Shown: positions 7,324 through 15,435, counted from the stretch's first letter. The stretch is DNA of 17,346 nt from Pseudobdellovibrionaceae bacterium (GCA_041288045.1 JBGGMM010000180.1:1-17346), one strand, 5' to 3'. Numbers and translations: made by a program. Notes: a model not told the origin generated them from the letters alone.

Positions 7324-8282
7324 CCTTCTATCGATTAGATCCTGACTTGGTGCTCGCGGCAACAGAAGAAGCGGGTTACCGTCCCACTGGAGAGTTCACA
7401 CAGCTGAATTCTTATGAAAACCGAGTCTTTGACATCCGCCTGGAAAGAGGCAGTGGTGAGTACGAGCGGGTCATTGCCAAATTTTACCGGCCCGGTCGCT
7501 GGTCCAAAGCGGCTTTGCTCGAAGAGCATGAATTTCTTTTTGATCTGCAAACCGAAGGGGTTCCAGTCGTCGCTCCCCTTTTGCTGAAAAATAAAAGCAG
7601 TCTTTGTGAAATTTCAAAAATGTCCGTCGCTTTCTTTCCGAAATTTCTTGGTCGTATGCCAGAGGAATTTTTGCAGAATGATCTATCACAAGTCGGTCGC
7701 AGGCTGGCGCAGATTCACAATGTCGGAAGCCGCAAATCCTTCAAACACCGAGCCGTTTTAGGCGAAGCCCCCTTTTCCTCTTGGGAAAATTTGGAACTTC
7801 TTTCGAAATGGGTGCGTCCTGAAATGTGGCCCCGCTATGAAAAAGCGGCAATTTCAATTATTGAAAGCATTGATACCGAAATCGATCCCCATGCTTTTCT
7901 TCGAATTCATGGTGACTGCCATCGCGGAAATTTGCTGGCTCAAATGCTGCCTGGAAATCAAAGAGAATTTTTCTTTGTCGATTTTGATGATTGCTCCATG
8001 GGGCCCGAAGTGCAGGATTTCTGGATGCTGTTTTCGGGGTCTGATCTCAAAGACGAACAGGATCTTATTCTCTCTGGCTATGAAGAGCTGCGCGAATTTC
8101 CAGAAAAACAGTTCGAGTGGATCCCGCTTTTGCGCGGTCTTCGAATTTTTTCTTATTCCGCCTGGATCGCTCGGAGGTGGGAGGACCCTTCCTTCCCAAA
8201 ATTATTCCCAGATTTTGAAAGTTACACATTTTGGGCTGAAGAAACGGAAGCTCTTGAGAAGATTGCCTGGTCTTATCTTTAA
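7299..8282 (+). CDS. srkA: Ser/Thr stress-response protein kinase SrkA/RdoA (YihE, APH-like fold)
   Basis: LNSYENRV, AKFYRPGRWS, EEHEF, HGDCHRGN, DFDD, QDFWM and WIARRWEDPSFP motifs. The start is uncertain (7281, 7299 or 7305). Confidence 0.9.
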   Translation: MNLNDSTTSFYRLDPDLVLAATEEAGYRPTGEFTQLNSYENRVFDIRLERGSGEYERVIAKFYRPGRWSKAALLEEHEFLFDLQTEGVPVVAPLLLKNKSSLCEISKMSVAFFPKFLGRMPEEFLQNDLSQVGRRLAQIHNVGSRKSFKHRAVLGEAPFSSWENLELLSKWVRPEMWPRYEKAAISIIESIDTEIDPHAFLRIHGDCHRGNLLAQMLPGNQREFFFVDFDDCSMGPEVQDFWMLFSGSDLKDEQDLILSGYEELREFPEKQFEWIPLLRGLRIFSYSAWIARRWEDPSFPKLFPDFESYTFWAEETEALEKIAWSYL

Positions 8283-8341
8283 CTGAACATTAAGAAAAAT
8301 TTAAGCTCAACTTTTAGCTGGTTTCTGCCGATCCGTGAGGG

Positions 8342-9691
8342 ATGAAGTCGCATCATTTGTATATAGCTATGATTGCTCTTCTTATTGGATTGCTTTACCA
8401 AAACTGCTCCCCCTCTTCTTCTGATAGCGCTGAAAGCTCTCCAGTCGAAAGTGCACCCAACCCGGCGCCAATCACGTCCTGTGATCCGCAATTGCAGCCG
8501 CCACCGGCCGAGTCCGTGGACTGCCCTGTTGGCACTTTTGGAAATGGCGCCCTTCGCTCCCGCACTGTGGTCTGTGACAGTCAAAGCTGGGTCTCAAGCT
8601 CTTGGAGCAACCTCAACTATGAAGGCTGCGAGTGCTCGATCAGTGGACAAGTGATGGACACAATCAGCGGGATTTGCAGCTGCCCAGCCGGTCAGGAGCT
8701 CGTTAATCATCTCTGCGTCCCATCCAATTGCGATGAATCCCTGAAACCAGCTGACGTCGAAATCGGTTCCTGCCCCTCGAATCTTGGCACTTCCAAGCGC
8801 AACCGCGATGTCACCTGTGATATGAACACTCGTGCTTGGCAGGCCTCTTCTTGGAGTGCTTGGGAATATTCTCAATGCGCTTGCTCTCTCCAAGGTCAAT
8901 TCCTCGATGTTCAAACTGGAGCTTGCAATTGTCCTGCGGGACAGACAGAAACAGCTTCTGGTTGTGTGGCCCTCACCTGCGATGAGTCCTCAAAGTCCTC
9001 AACATCTGAAGACCAATTGTCCTGCCCCAATAACGCATCAGGCTTTTACATTCGAACAAGAAATGCGACTTGCGATCAAAGCCAGCTTGAGTGGGTTTAT
9101 TCGGATTGGATTTCCAATTACAACACTTGCACTTGCAATGTCACTGGCCAGAGCTTTAATCCCGCGACTTTGAGCTGCGAATGCCCCTCAGGTCAGGTCG
9201 TGAATGGCCAGCGTTGTTCGCCGGAAACTTCTTTGTCTTGCCCACTTCCCGAACCAGGTTCCATTGAATATAAAAGCTGCCCATCCAATATCGGATTGGC
9301 TTCGCAAGCTCGGGTTGTGACTTGCCAGCAGAATTCAACCGAATGGAAAATCATCGAGGGAGCTTGGGATTATTCAAACTGTGGTTGCGACCTCCAAGGG
9401 GCGCTGGTGGATTCCAAAGATGGCAGCTGCGCTTGCCCTGCGAATTCCATCGTCGATGAGGACCTCAATGCCTGTGTCCCAAAATCCTCAGCAAGCCCTG
9501 GCTGCCAGAATCCCGACACAGGAGCTTTGGTCAAAGTCGGAAAGACATACTCTTACTTCACTCTGGATCGAGCGAGCTCGAGAACTCTCTGTGATCAGAG
9601 CAAAAAGACTGTCACTTGCCTCTCTCCAGCAACTTGGTCTGCCGAGATACCGGATGCTCGCTTTAAAAACTGCAAACCCAATCTCAAATAA
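8342..9691 (+). CDS. Cys-rich exported (lipo)protein, 449 aa, with four 8-Cys repeats
   Basis: Signal peptide ending LLYQN-C. 37 Cys counted. Four ~85-aa repeats of C..CP..(R)xRxxxC..W..W..CxC..CxCP..C. Confidence 0.85.
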   Translation: MKSHHLYIAMIALLIGLLYQNCSPSSSDSAESSPVESAPNPAPITSCDPQLQPPPAESVDCPVGTFGNGALRSRTVVCDSQSWVSSSWSNLNYEGCECSISGQVMDTISGICSCPAGQELVNHLCVPSNCDESLKPADVEIGSCPSNLGTSKRNRDVTCDMNTRAWQASSWSAWEYSQCACSLQGQFLDVQTGACNCPAGQTETASGCVALTCDESSKSSTSEDQLSCPNNASGFYIRTRNATCDQSQLEWVYSDWISNYNTCTCNVTGQSFNPATLSCECPSGQVVNGQRCSPETSLSCPLPEPGSIEYKSCPSNIGLASQARVVTCQQNSTEWKIIEGAWDYSNCGCDLQGALVDSKDGSCACPANSIVDEDLNACVPKSSASPGCQNPDTGALVKVGKTYSYFTLDRASSRTLCDQSKKTVTCLSPATWSAEIPDARFKNCKPNLK

Positions 9692-9729
9692 AGTTGATAA
9701 CGCCTCGCATCTCTTCTAAAACCATGAAT

Positions 9730-9825
9730 GGCTGGGTCCTGTACGATGGACCTTTTGTCGAACCCCGCTAGGCCCGGAAGGGAGCAACGGTACACAGAAG
9801 ACCATGCGATATGGGTCGCCCAGCC
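9730..9825 (+). ncRNA. ffs: Small bacterial SRP RNA (4.5S)
   Basis: Terminal stem GGCTGGG (9730-9736) / CCCAGCC (9819-9825). Helix-8 motif GCTAGGCCCGGAAGGGAGCAAC with GGAA tetraloop. Located directly upstream of dnaX. Confidence 0.92.
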
Positions 9826-9863
9826 GCTTTTCAGACTTTTCTTCTTCGTCGGAGATCCAAAAT

Positions 9864-11489
9864 TTGTCCTATCAAGTGATTGCGCGAAAATGGCGACCGC
9901 AAAGTTTTGACCAGTTGGTTGGTCAGACTCATATTTCGCAGACTCTTGGAAATGCGCTGAAAAATGGACGAATCCCGCATGCTCTGCTTTTCACAGGTCC
10001 ACGAGGGACAGGAAAAACTTCAAGCGCTCGCATTCTGGCAAAAAGCCTTCGCTGTCCCAATGCCAAAGATTTCATTCCCTGCAATGTCTGTGAAGAGTGC
10101 AAAGACATTTCGATTGGCCGCTCGGTCAACGTGGTTGAAATCGATGGTGCTTCCAACAACGGTGTGGATGCGATTCGCGAATTGCGTGAAACTGTCAGTT
10201 ACTCGCCCTCCAGTGGAAGTTACAAAATTTATATCATCGACGAAGTCCACATGCTTTCAACCAGCGCTTTCAACGCGCTTTTAAAAACTTTGGAAGAGCC
10301 TCCCGCTCACGTTGTTTTTATTTTAGCGACGACCGAAGTTCATAAAATCCCACAGACAATTCTGTCTCGCTGTCAGCGCTTTGATTTCCGCAGTATTTCG
10401 ACCAAGCAGATTTCGGAAAGCTTAAAAGCCATCACTCTGAAAGAAGGGGTCAAGGCCGATGAAGACGCTCTATGGATCATTGCTCGTCAAGGCGATGGAT
10501 CCATGCGCGACAGCCAAAGTCTTTTGGATCAAGTCATCACTTTTGCCAATGGCCCATTGACTCGGGAAAACGTGGTGCAGATTTTGGGACTGACCGATCG
10601 AGCCTTGTTGCTCGAAACTCTGACGGGGCTTGTCGCCCGTGACACTTCGAAAATTTTGGAAGTGATCGAAAAAATCCGAAAGGCCGGTTACGAACCCGGG
10701 CTTTACGCCAAAGATTTACTGGAAAACATCCGCAATCTCTTGATGATCAAGATTTCAAAAAATCCGACGGAACTTTTGGAACTTCCCGATTCTGAAATTC
10801 GCTTTTTACAAAGTCTGGCCGTGGAACTTTCCGAAGAAGACATTCACTTCTTGTTTGATATGGCCCTGAAGGGCGCAGCTGATATTCCAAAATCCAGCGA
10901 TCCTCGAATTGTGCTTGAAATGATTCTTCTGCGAATGGCTCAAGCTCCAAAAATCGCCTCGCTGTCTCAGCTTCTTGCTGGCGGTCTTGCATCGGCTTCG
11001 GCTTCTGCAAATGCTCCGGCTCCTGCTCAGCAAACTCCAAGACCGACTGAAAATGCAGTTCATCACGTGGACCCTGTGGGTCGTAATCCTCAGGATCGTT
11101 GGTTGGATTTCGTGCAAAAGCTTCGAGCTTCCGATGCCCTCTTGGCAGCGAAAGTAGAGAGCTTGCTTTTCATTGGCGAGAAAAACAAAGTTCTGGATTT
11201 GGCAGTGCCAGCTAAGCTTGCCTTTTTGAAAGACCAGCTGGCGGATGCTGCTGTGAAAGAAAAGCTGCAATCGGCAATGGAAAGACATTTCGGAGCAGGC
11301 TTCAGTTATCAGATTCAAACTAGCAAAGACGAGAAGGCCGGGACTTCGGCACAAGCCATGGTTCAGGAAAAACAAAAGGCCAAGCAGGACGAGATGGCTC
11401 GTCAAGTGGCTGATCACCCGATGATCAAATCCGCCAAAGCGGGTTTGAAAGGGCAGATCAAATCCATTAAAAACCAACAAACATCGTAA
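9864..11489 (+). CDS. dnaX: DNA polymerase III subunit gamma/tau
   Basis: YQVIARKWRP, Walker A GPRGTGKT, Zn-binding Cys residues, EIDGASN, DEVHML and SRC motifs. TTG start at 9864 follows GGAG (9851-9854). The track's 9804 start lies inside ffs. Confidence 0.97.
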   Translation: MSYQVIARKWRPQSFDQLVGQTHISQTLGNALKNGRIPHALLFTGPRGTGKTSSARILAKSLRCPNAKDFIPCNVCEECKDISIGRSVNVVEIDGASNNGVDAIRELRETVSYSPSSGSYKIYIIDEVHMLSTSAFNALLKTLEEPPAHVVFILATTEVHKIPQTILSRCQRFDFRSISTKQISESLKAITLKEGVKADEDALWIIARQGDGSMRDSQSLLDQVITFANGPLTRENVVQILGLTDRALLLETLTGLVARDTSKILEVIEKIRKAGYEPGLYAKDLLENIRNLLMIKISKNPTELLELPDSEIRFLQSLAVELSEEDIHFLFDMALKGAADIPKSSDPRIVLEMILLRMAQAPKIASLSQLLAGGLASASASANAPAPAQQTPRPTENAVHHVDPVGRNPQDRWLDFVQKLRASDALLAAKVESLLFIGEKNKVLDLAVPAKLAFLKDQLADAAVKEKLQSAMERHFGAGFSYQIQTSKDEKAGTSAQAMVQEKQKAKQDEMARQVADHPMIKSAKAGLKGQIKSIKNQQTS

Positions 11490-11503
11490 ATCAGGAGGAA
11501 AAG

Positions 11504-11830
11504 ATGAAAGGATTCGGCGGAGGCGGAATGGCCCAACTGATGAAACAAGCCAACCAAATGCAGATCAAAATGAAAAAGCTGCAGGACGAATTGGCGCAAA
11601 AAACTTATGACGGAACGGCTGGTGGCGGAGCTGTCACGGTCACGGTTTCTGGCGAAAGTATGGTAAAAGCCATTGCTATTCAGGACGATGTTTTCAAGTC
11701 AGGTGACAAAGAAATGCTTCAAGACCTAATTCTGGCAGCCACCAATGACGCTTTGAAGGTGGCGAAAGAGACTTCAGCCAAAGAAATGGAAAAAATCACA
11801 GGCGGAATGAACATTCCGGGGTTGTTCTAA
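11504..11830 (+). CDS. ybaB: YbaB/EbfC nucleoid-associated protein
   Basis: LMKQA.QMQ, GTAGGGAVTVTVSG and EMLQDLILAA.NDA motifs. Lies between dnaX and recR. AGGAGG Shine-Dalgarno. Confidence 0.95.
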   Translation: MKGFGGGGMAQLMKQANQMQIKMKKLQDELAQKTYDGTAGGGAVTVTVSGESMVKAIAIQDDVFKSGDKEMLQDLILAATNDALKVAKETSAKEMEKITGGMNIPGLF

Positions 11831-11859
11831 GCCGAAAGTCTCGTTACACTTCAAGTATT

Positions 11860-12474
11860 ATGCTTCATATTGCGGCACTCGAAAAACTAGTGCATGAACT
11901 CTCAAGACTGCCGGGAATTGGGCCTAAAACCGCTCAGCGCCTGGCTTATCATATCTTGAGATCTCCATCCGAATATTCCCAGCGCTTGGCCGAATCGCTC
12001 ATGCGAGTCCAAGCCGAAGTTCACGAGTGCCCGAGCTGCTTTAATTACACCGATTCCACCATCTGTCGTTTTTGCTCTGATCCGCATCGCACCGACGAGG
12101 CCATTTGCGTGGTTGAAGAGCCCTCAGACATTGTTCGCATTGAATCTTCTGGCGCTTTTCATGGCCGCTATCATGTTCTGCATGGAGTGATCTCTCCGCT
12201 TGAGGGAGTGAAGCCTCAGGATCTGAAAATTCAAGAGCTGATCAACAAAGTGAACCGCGGTCTTTCCGGCGATGGCCCTCGCATCAAAGAAATCATTTTG
12301 GCTTTGGATGCGGACCTTGAAGGCGATACGACAGTTTTGTATTTGGCCAAAGCTCTATCCGATAAAGGGCTTCGTCTGAGCCGAATTGCCCACGGCGTAC
12401 CGATTGGCAGTGACATTGAATATATCGACGATCGCACCATGGGACGAGCGCTTGAAAACCGAGTGGAACTCTAA
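11860..12474 (+). CDS. recR: Recombination mediator RecR
   Basis: LPGIGPKTAQRLA helix-hairpin-helix, C4 zinc finger, Toprim motifs ICVVE and YHVLHG, and SRIAHGVPIG. Confidence 0.97.
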   Translation: MLHIAALEKLVHELSRLPGIGPKTAQRLAYHILRSPSEYSQRLAESLMRVQAEVHECPSCFNYTDSTICRFCSDPHRTDEAICVVEEPSDIVRIESSGAFHGRYHVLHGVISPLEGVKPQDLKIQELINKVNRGLSGDGPRIKEIILALDADLEGDTTVLYLAKALSDKGLRLSRIAHGVPIGSDIEYIDDRTMGRALENRVEL

Positions 12475-13067
12475 TGTCATTCATTAATCACAACACGAAG
12501 ACCATTCACTGCAAGGTCGTTTACTACGGGCCATCATTGGGCGGCAAAACGACCAACATCCGCTGGGTCTACCAACAAACAGCGTCCGATCAAAAAACCA
12601 AACTGGTGGCTCTGAACACCGACGTCGAGCGAACTCTGTTCTTTGATTTCTTGCCTCTCGAATTCGGCGATATCCGTGGCTATCAAACCAGATTCCACCT
12701 TTATTCGGTCCCAGGCCAAGTCATCTACGATGCCAGCCGTAAGCTGATCATCAAAGGTTTGGATGGAGTGATTTTCGTCGCCGACTCACAAGCCGAGCGA
12801 ATGGAAGAAAACCTGCAAGCTCTGCAAAACCTAGAGAGAAACCTCGAAGCTCAAGGCATCGACATCAACGAAATCCCCTTGGTCTTTCAATACAACAAGC
12901 GAGACCTACCAACAGCCACGTCGCTGAAGGACCTGCGCTTTCAACTCAACAAATTCAACTCCCCAGACTTCGAAGCCACAGCCAGCGAAGGCAAAGGCGT
13001 CATGGAGAGCCTAAAGACAGTCACAAAATCAATCGTCAATGTGCTCAAAGGCGGCTCGGGACTCTGA
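12474..13067 (+). CDS. mglA: Ras-like small GTPase MglA
   Basis: KVVYYGPSLGGKTTN, ERTLFFD, VPGQ, DGVIFVADSQ and YNKRD motifs. TAATG overlap with the recR stop. Confidence 0.95.
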   Translation: MSFINHNTKTIHCKVVYYGPSLGGKTTNIRWVYQQTASDQKTKLVALNTDVERTLFFDFLPLEFGDIRGYQTRFHLYSVPGQVIYDASRKLIIKGLDGVIFVADSQAERMEENLQALQNLERNLEAQGIDINEIPLVFQYNKRDLPTATSLKDLRFQLNKFNSPDFEATASEGKGVMESLKTVTKSIVNVLKGGSGL

Positions 13068-13167
13068 GCCCTGCCCAACCCAAATTTTAATTTATCCCAA
13101 AGACAACACTCTACCTATCGTACACCTATAGGTTGACGATAAGGAGAGCACAGACATGCATCAGAAG

Positions 13168-13257
13168 AAACTTGCCAGACGGCCCGGACGGCCGTCTGGG
13201 AGCTATCGCACGGACGGTCAGACAAACAATTACATTCGTCACCGCTGTGCTCGAGAC
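13168..13257 (+). repeat. Dispersed structured intergenic repeat, copy 2
   Basis: Same element as 6212-6301, with a perfect CCAGACGGCC-N5-GGCCGTCTGG hairpin. Lies between the convergent mglA and 13267-13800 genes. Confidence 0.9.
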
Positions 13258-13266
13258 CAAGCAAGA

Positions 13267-13800
13267 CTAGTAACCAGCCTTCTTATACTGAACAGAGGCT
13301 TCAACCTGAGCTTCAACAGGAACAACCTCACCATCGGCTCGAACTTCAACGCCAAAAGCAGTCACGGCTACAGGGATGTTTGAGTATTTCACATCAGGCT
13401 TGATTCGAATTCCACCGCAACGAATAGCGCAGCCTGAATCTACAATCGTAGAACCAGCAGAAACATGTCTTGATGACGGAAAGAGAGTCTCATCTAAATT
13501 TTCATCAGCAATCACACAAGCATAAGGGCTATTTTCAAGATCTTGGCTCTCAGCCATAACCTGAACAAAAACCAATTCAAAATCTGTATCTGGGCTATTC
13601 CAGGTAAATGCGAACCGATTGAATTCAAAAGCATTGGCGGTGACGCTTGAATTTTCAGAATGATTGTTCTGCTCAGAGCAAGTCTTCATGGCAACCGGCA
13701 AGACATAGGGAGAAGAGGGCGAGACTTCAATTTTCAGCTCTCCAGCTGCAAAAGCCATCGATCCCATAGCTAGAACCAGAGAAAAAATCCATTTCTTCAT
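13267..13800 (-). CDS. Secreted hypothetical protein (177 aa, four Cys, predicted beta-rich)
   Basis: MKKWIFSLVLAMGSMAFA signal peptide. AAGGAG Shine-Dalgarno upstream. Confidence 0.8.
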   Translation of the reverse strand: MKKWIFSLVLAMGSMAFAAGELKIEVSPSSPYVLPVAMKTCSEQNNHSENSSVTANAFEFNRFAFTWNSPDTDFELVFVQVMAESQDLENSPYACVIADENLDETLFPSSRHVSAGSTIVDSGCAIRCGGIRIKPDVKYSNIPVAVTAFGVEVRADGEVVPVEAQVEASVQYKKAGY

Positions 13801-13939
13801 ATAAACTCCTTTTTGGTGTTTGTTGGTGGAACCATAAGCCTAAAGAAAAGTGTTTGGATTGAGCAGCACTTGTTTTGTCACATGGCATTATCTGCGCAGT
13901 TTGTTCGTTCTGAATTCTGTGTTAAACCGAGCGAAGACC

Positions 13940-14887
13940 ATGAACATTGTGAATGAGATTCAAAGACTGAAAAAAGAGAAGAATGCTGTCATTCTCGCGC
14001 ATTACTATGCCGACGGCGAGATTCAAGACATTGCCGATTATGTCGGTGACAGTTATTACCTGGCGAAAATGGGGCAGCAAGTTCAGCAGGATGTGATTTT
14101 ACTCGCTGGGGTTGTGTTCATGGCTGAGAGTGTGAAAATTCTCAATCCTTCAAAGACAGTGCTTGTTCCTGACCTGCAAGCCGGATGTTCTTTGGTGGAT
14201 GAAGCACCTTATGACAAGTATTTGCAGTGGAAACAGAAATACCCTCGTGGAATCACGGTCACTTACATCAATTCTTCGACCCAAGTGAAATCCATTTCGG
14301 ATGTGATCGTCACTTCGAGCAATGCCAAACAGGTCGTCAATGCGATCCCGCACAATCGTCCGATTCTTTTTGGACCTGATAAAAATTTGGGGGCTTTTCT
14401 TGAAAAAGAAACGGGTCGGGATTTTGTGCTCTGGCCCGGCAGCTGCCAAGTGCATGTTTTGTTTGAAGCGCAAAAATTGATGGAGCTCATCAAACAACAT
14501 CCCGATGCGGTCGTCATTGCTCATCCCGAATGCGATGACAGCGTTTTGATGTGGGCGCAAGTGATTGGCTCAACCTCAAGACTTTTGGAAGAAGTCGAAA
14601 GAAATCCTGCCAAGAAATTTATTGTCGCCACAGAGACCGGAATTTTTCATCAAATGAAGAAAAAACGTCCCGATGCTGAATTGATTCAAGCGCCGGTGGC
14701 CGATCCAGGCTGCGCTTGCAATGACTGTCCTTACATGAAACTCAATTCTCTGGAAAAAATAAAATTGGCGCTTGAGACTTTAAAACCGCAAGTGACGATT
14801 TCAGAGGACCTTCGTGAAAAAGCCCAAGTGGGACTGGATCGAATGATGGCGATCGCTTCTGGAAAGCCAGTGACATGGCCGAATTGA
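13940..14887 (+). CDS. nadA: Quinolinate synthase A ([4Fe-4S])
   Basis: AVILAHYY, IADYVGDS, VVFMAE, AGCSL, YINSS, GPDKNLG, CQVH, AHPEC, GSTS and CPYMK motifs. ATG at 13940 is preferred over GTG at 13850. Confidence 0.96.
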   Translation: MNIVNEIQRLKKEKNAVILAHYYADGEIQDIADYVGDSYYLAKMGQQVQQDVILLAGVVFMAESVKILNPSKTVLVPDLQAGCSLVDEAPYDKYLQWKQKYPRGITVTYINSSTQVKSISDVIVTSSNAKQVVNAIPHNRPILFGPDKNLGAFLEKETGRDFVLWPGSCQVHVLFEAQKLMELIKQHPDAVVIAHPECDDSVLMWAQVIGSTSRLLEEVERNPAKKFIVATETGIFHQMKKKRPDAELIQAPVADPGCACNDCPYMKLNSLEKIKLALETLKPQVTISEDLREKAQVGLDRMMAIASGKPVTWPN

Positions 14888-15435
14888 TTTCTGCCGCCGA
14901 AGTCCAATTTATCAAAAATCATCTTCAAGTTTCGCATCTTGAAATTTCCATTCGCCCCAGCTGGGGCAGCAAACAGGCCTCTCACCGCGAAGAAATTCAT
15001 GGGGAACTCAAAAAGAAAATGGCCAAAGCCTATCCCTTTTCGGATTCTTCGATTTCGCATTGTCTGACTCTGGGTGGTTTTGTTTTCACTCAGTTTGATT
15101 CTGACCACGTCATCCAAATTGGCTTTGATCTTGAAGAAGATTCCCGAGTCACAACCGAAGTCGCCAGAAGAGTCTGCCTGACCGAAGACGAATTTCAACG
15201 AGCTCCGTCAGCCGCTTCGCTTTGGAGCGCCAAAGAGGCGGCCTTTAAATCCCTGAAAGGTCCTAAACAACCTCTTGTTGTCTCAGAAATTGAGCTCACG
15301 GATTGGAAAAAATTGGATTCTCAGTATGAGACAGTGAATGTGGCGGGTTCTGCAAAGTTTCAGTCTTCTCAAATTCAAGGCATCCTTCTGAAAAAAAACC
15401 CATATACTTTCGCTTTTTTCATCGCTCGTCCTTAA
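14875..15435 (+). CDS. 4'-phosphopantetheinyl transferase superfamily protein
   Basis: SISH, IGFDLE and WSAKEAAFKS motifs (Sfp/EntD-like). Overlaps the end of nadA by 13 nt. Confidence 0.8.
   Translation: MAELISAAEVQFIKNHLQVSHLEISIRPSWGSKQASHREEIHGELKKKMAKAYPFSDSSISHCLTLGGFVFTQFDSDHVIQIGFDLEEDSRVTTEVARRVCLTEDEFQRAPSAASLWSAKEAAFKSLKGPKQPLVVSEIELTDWKKLDSQYETVNVAGSAKFQSSQIQGILLKKNPYTFAFFIARP

Noticed and set aside
8307..8334. Sigma28-like motif TCAA-N16-GCCGATCC before the Cys-rich gene
   Set aside because: The spacing is one base off consensus and the site lies almost on the start codon. Too weak to call without TSS data.
10806..11480. 224-aa minus-strand ORF, and other short ORFs inside dnaX, recR, nadA and the Cys-rich gene
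   Set aside because: Antisense or out-of-frame shadows of well-supported genes.
10900..11489. Programmed -1 frameshift or slippage site producing DnaX gamma
   Set aside because: I found no A-AAA-AAG heptamer or long homopolymer run after the clamp-loader domains or linker.
13883..13898. Sigma54-like TGGCATTATCTGCGCA upstream of nadA
   Set aside because: It has GG-N10-GC spacing but lacks the TTGC -12 box seen at the other three sites.
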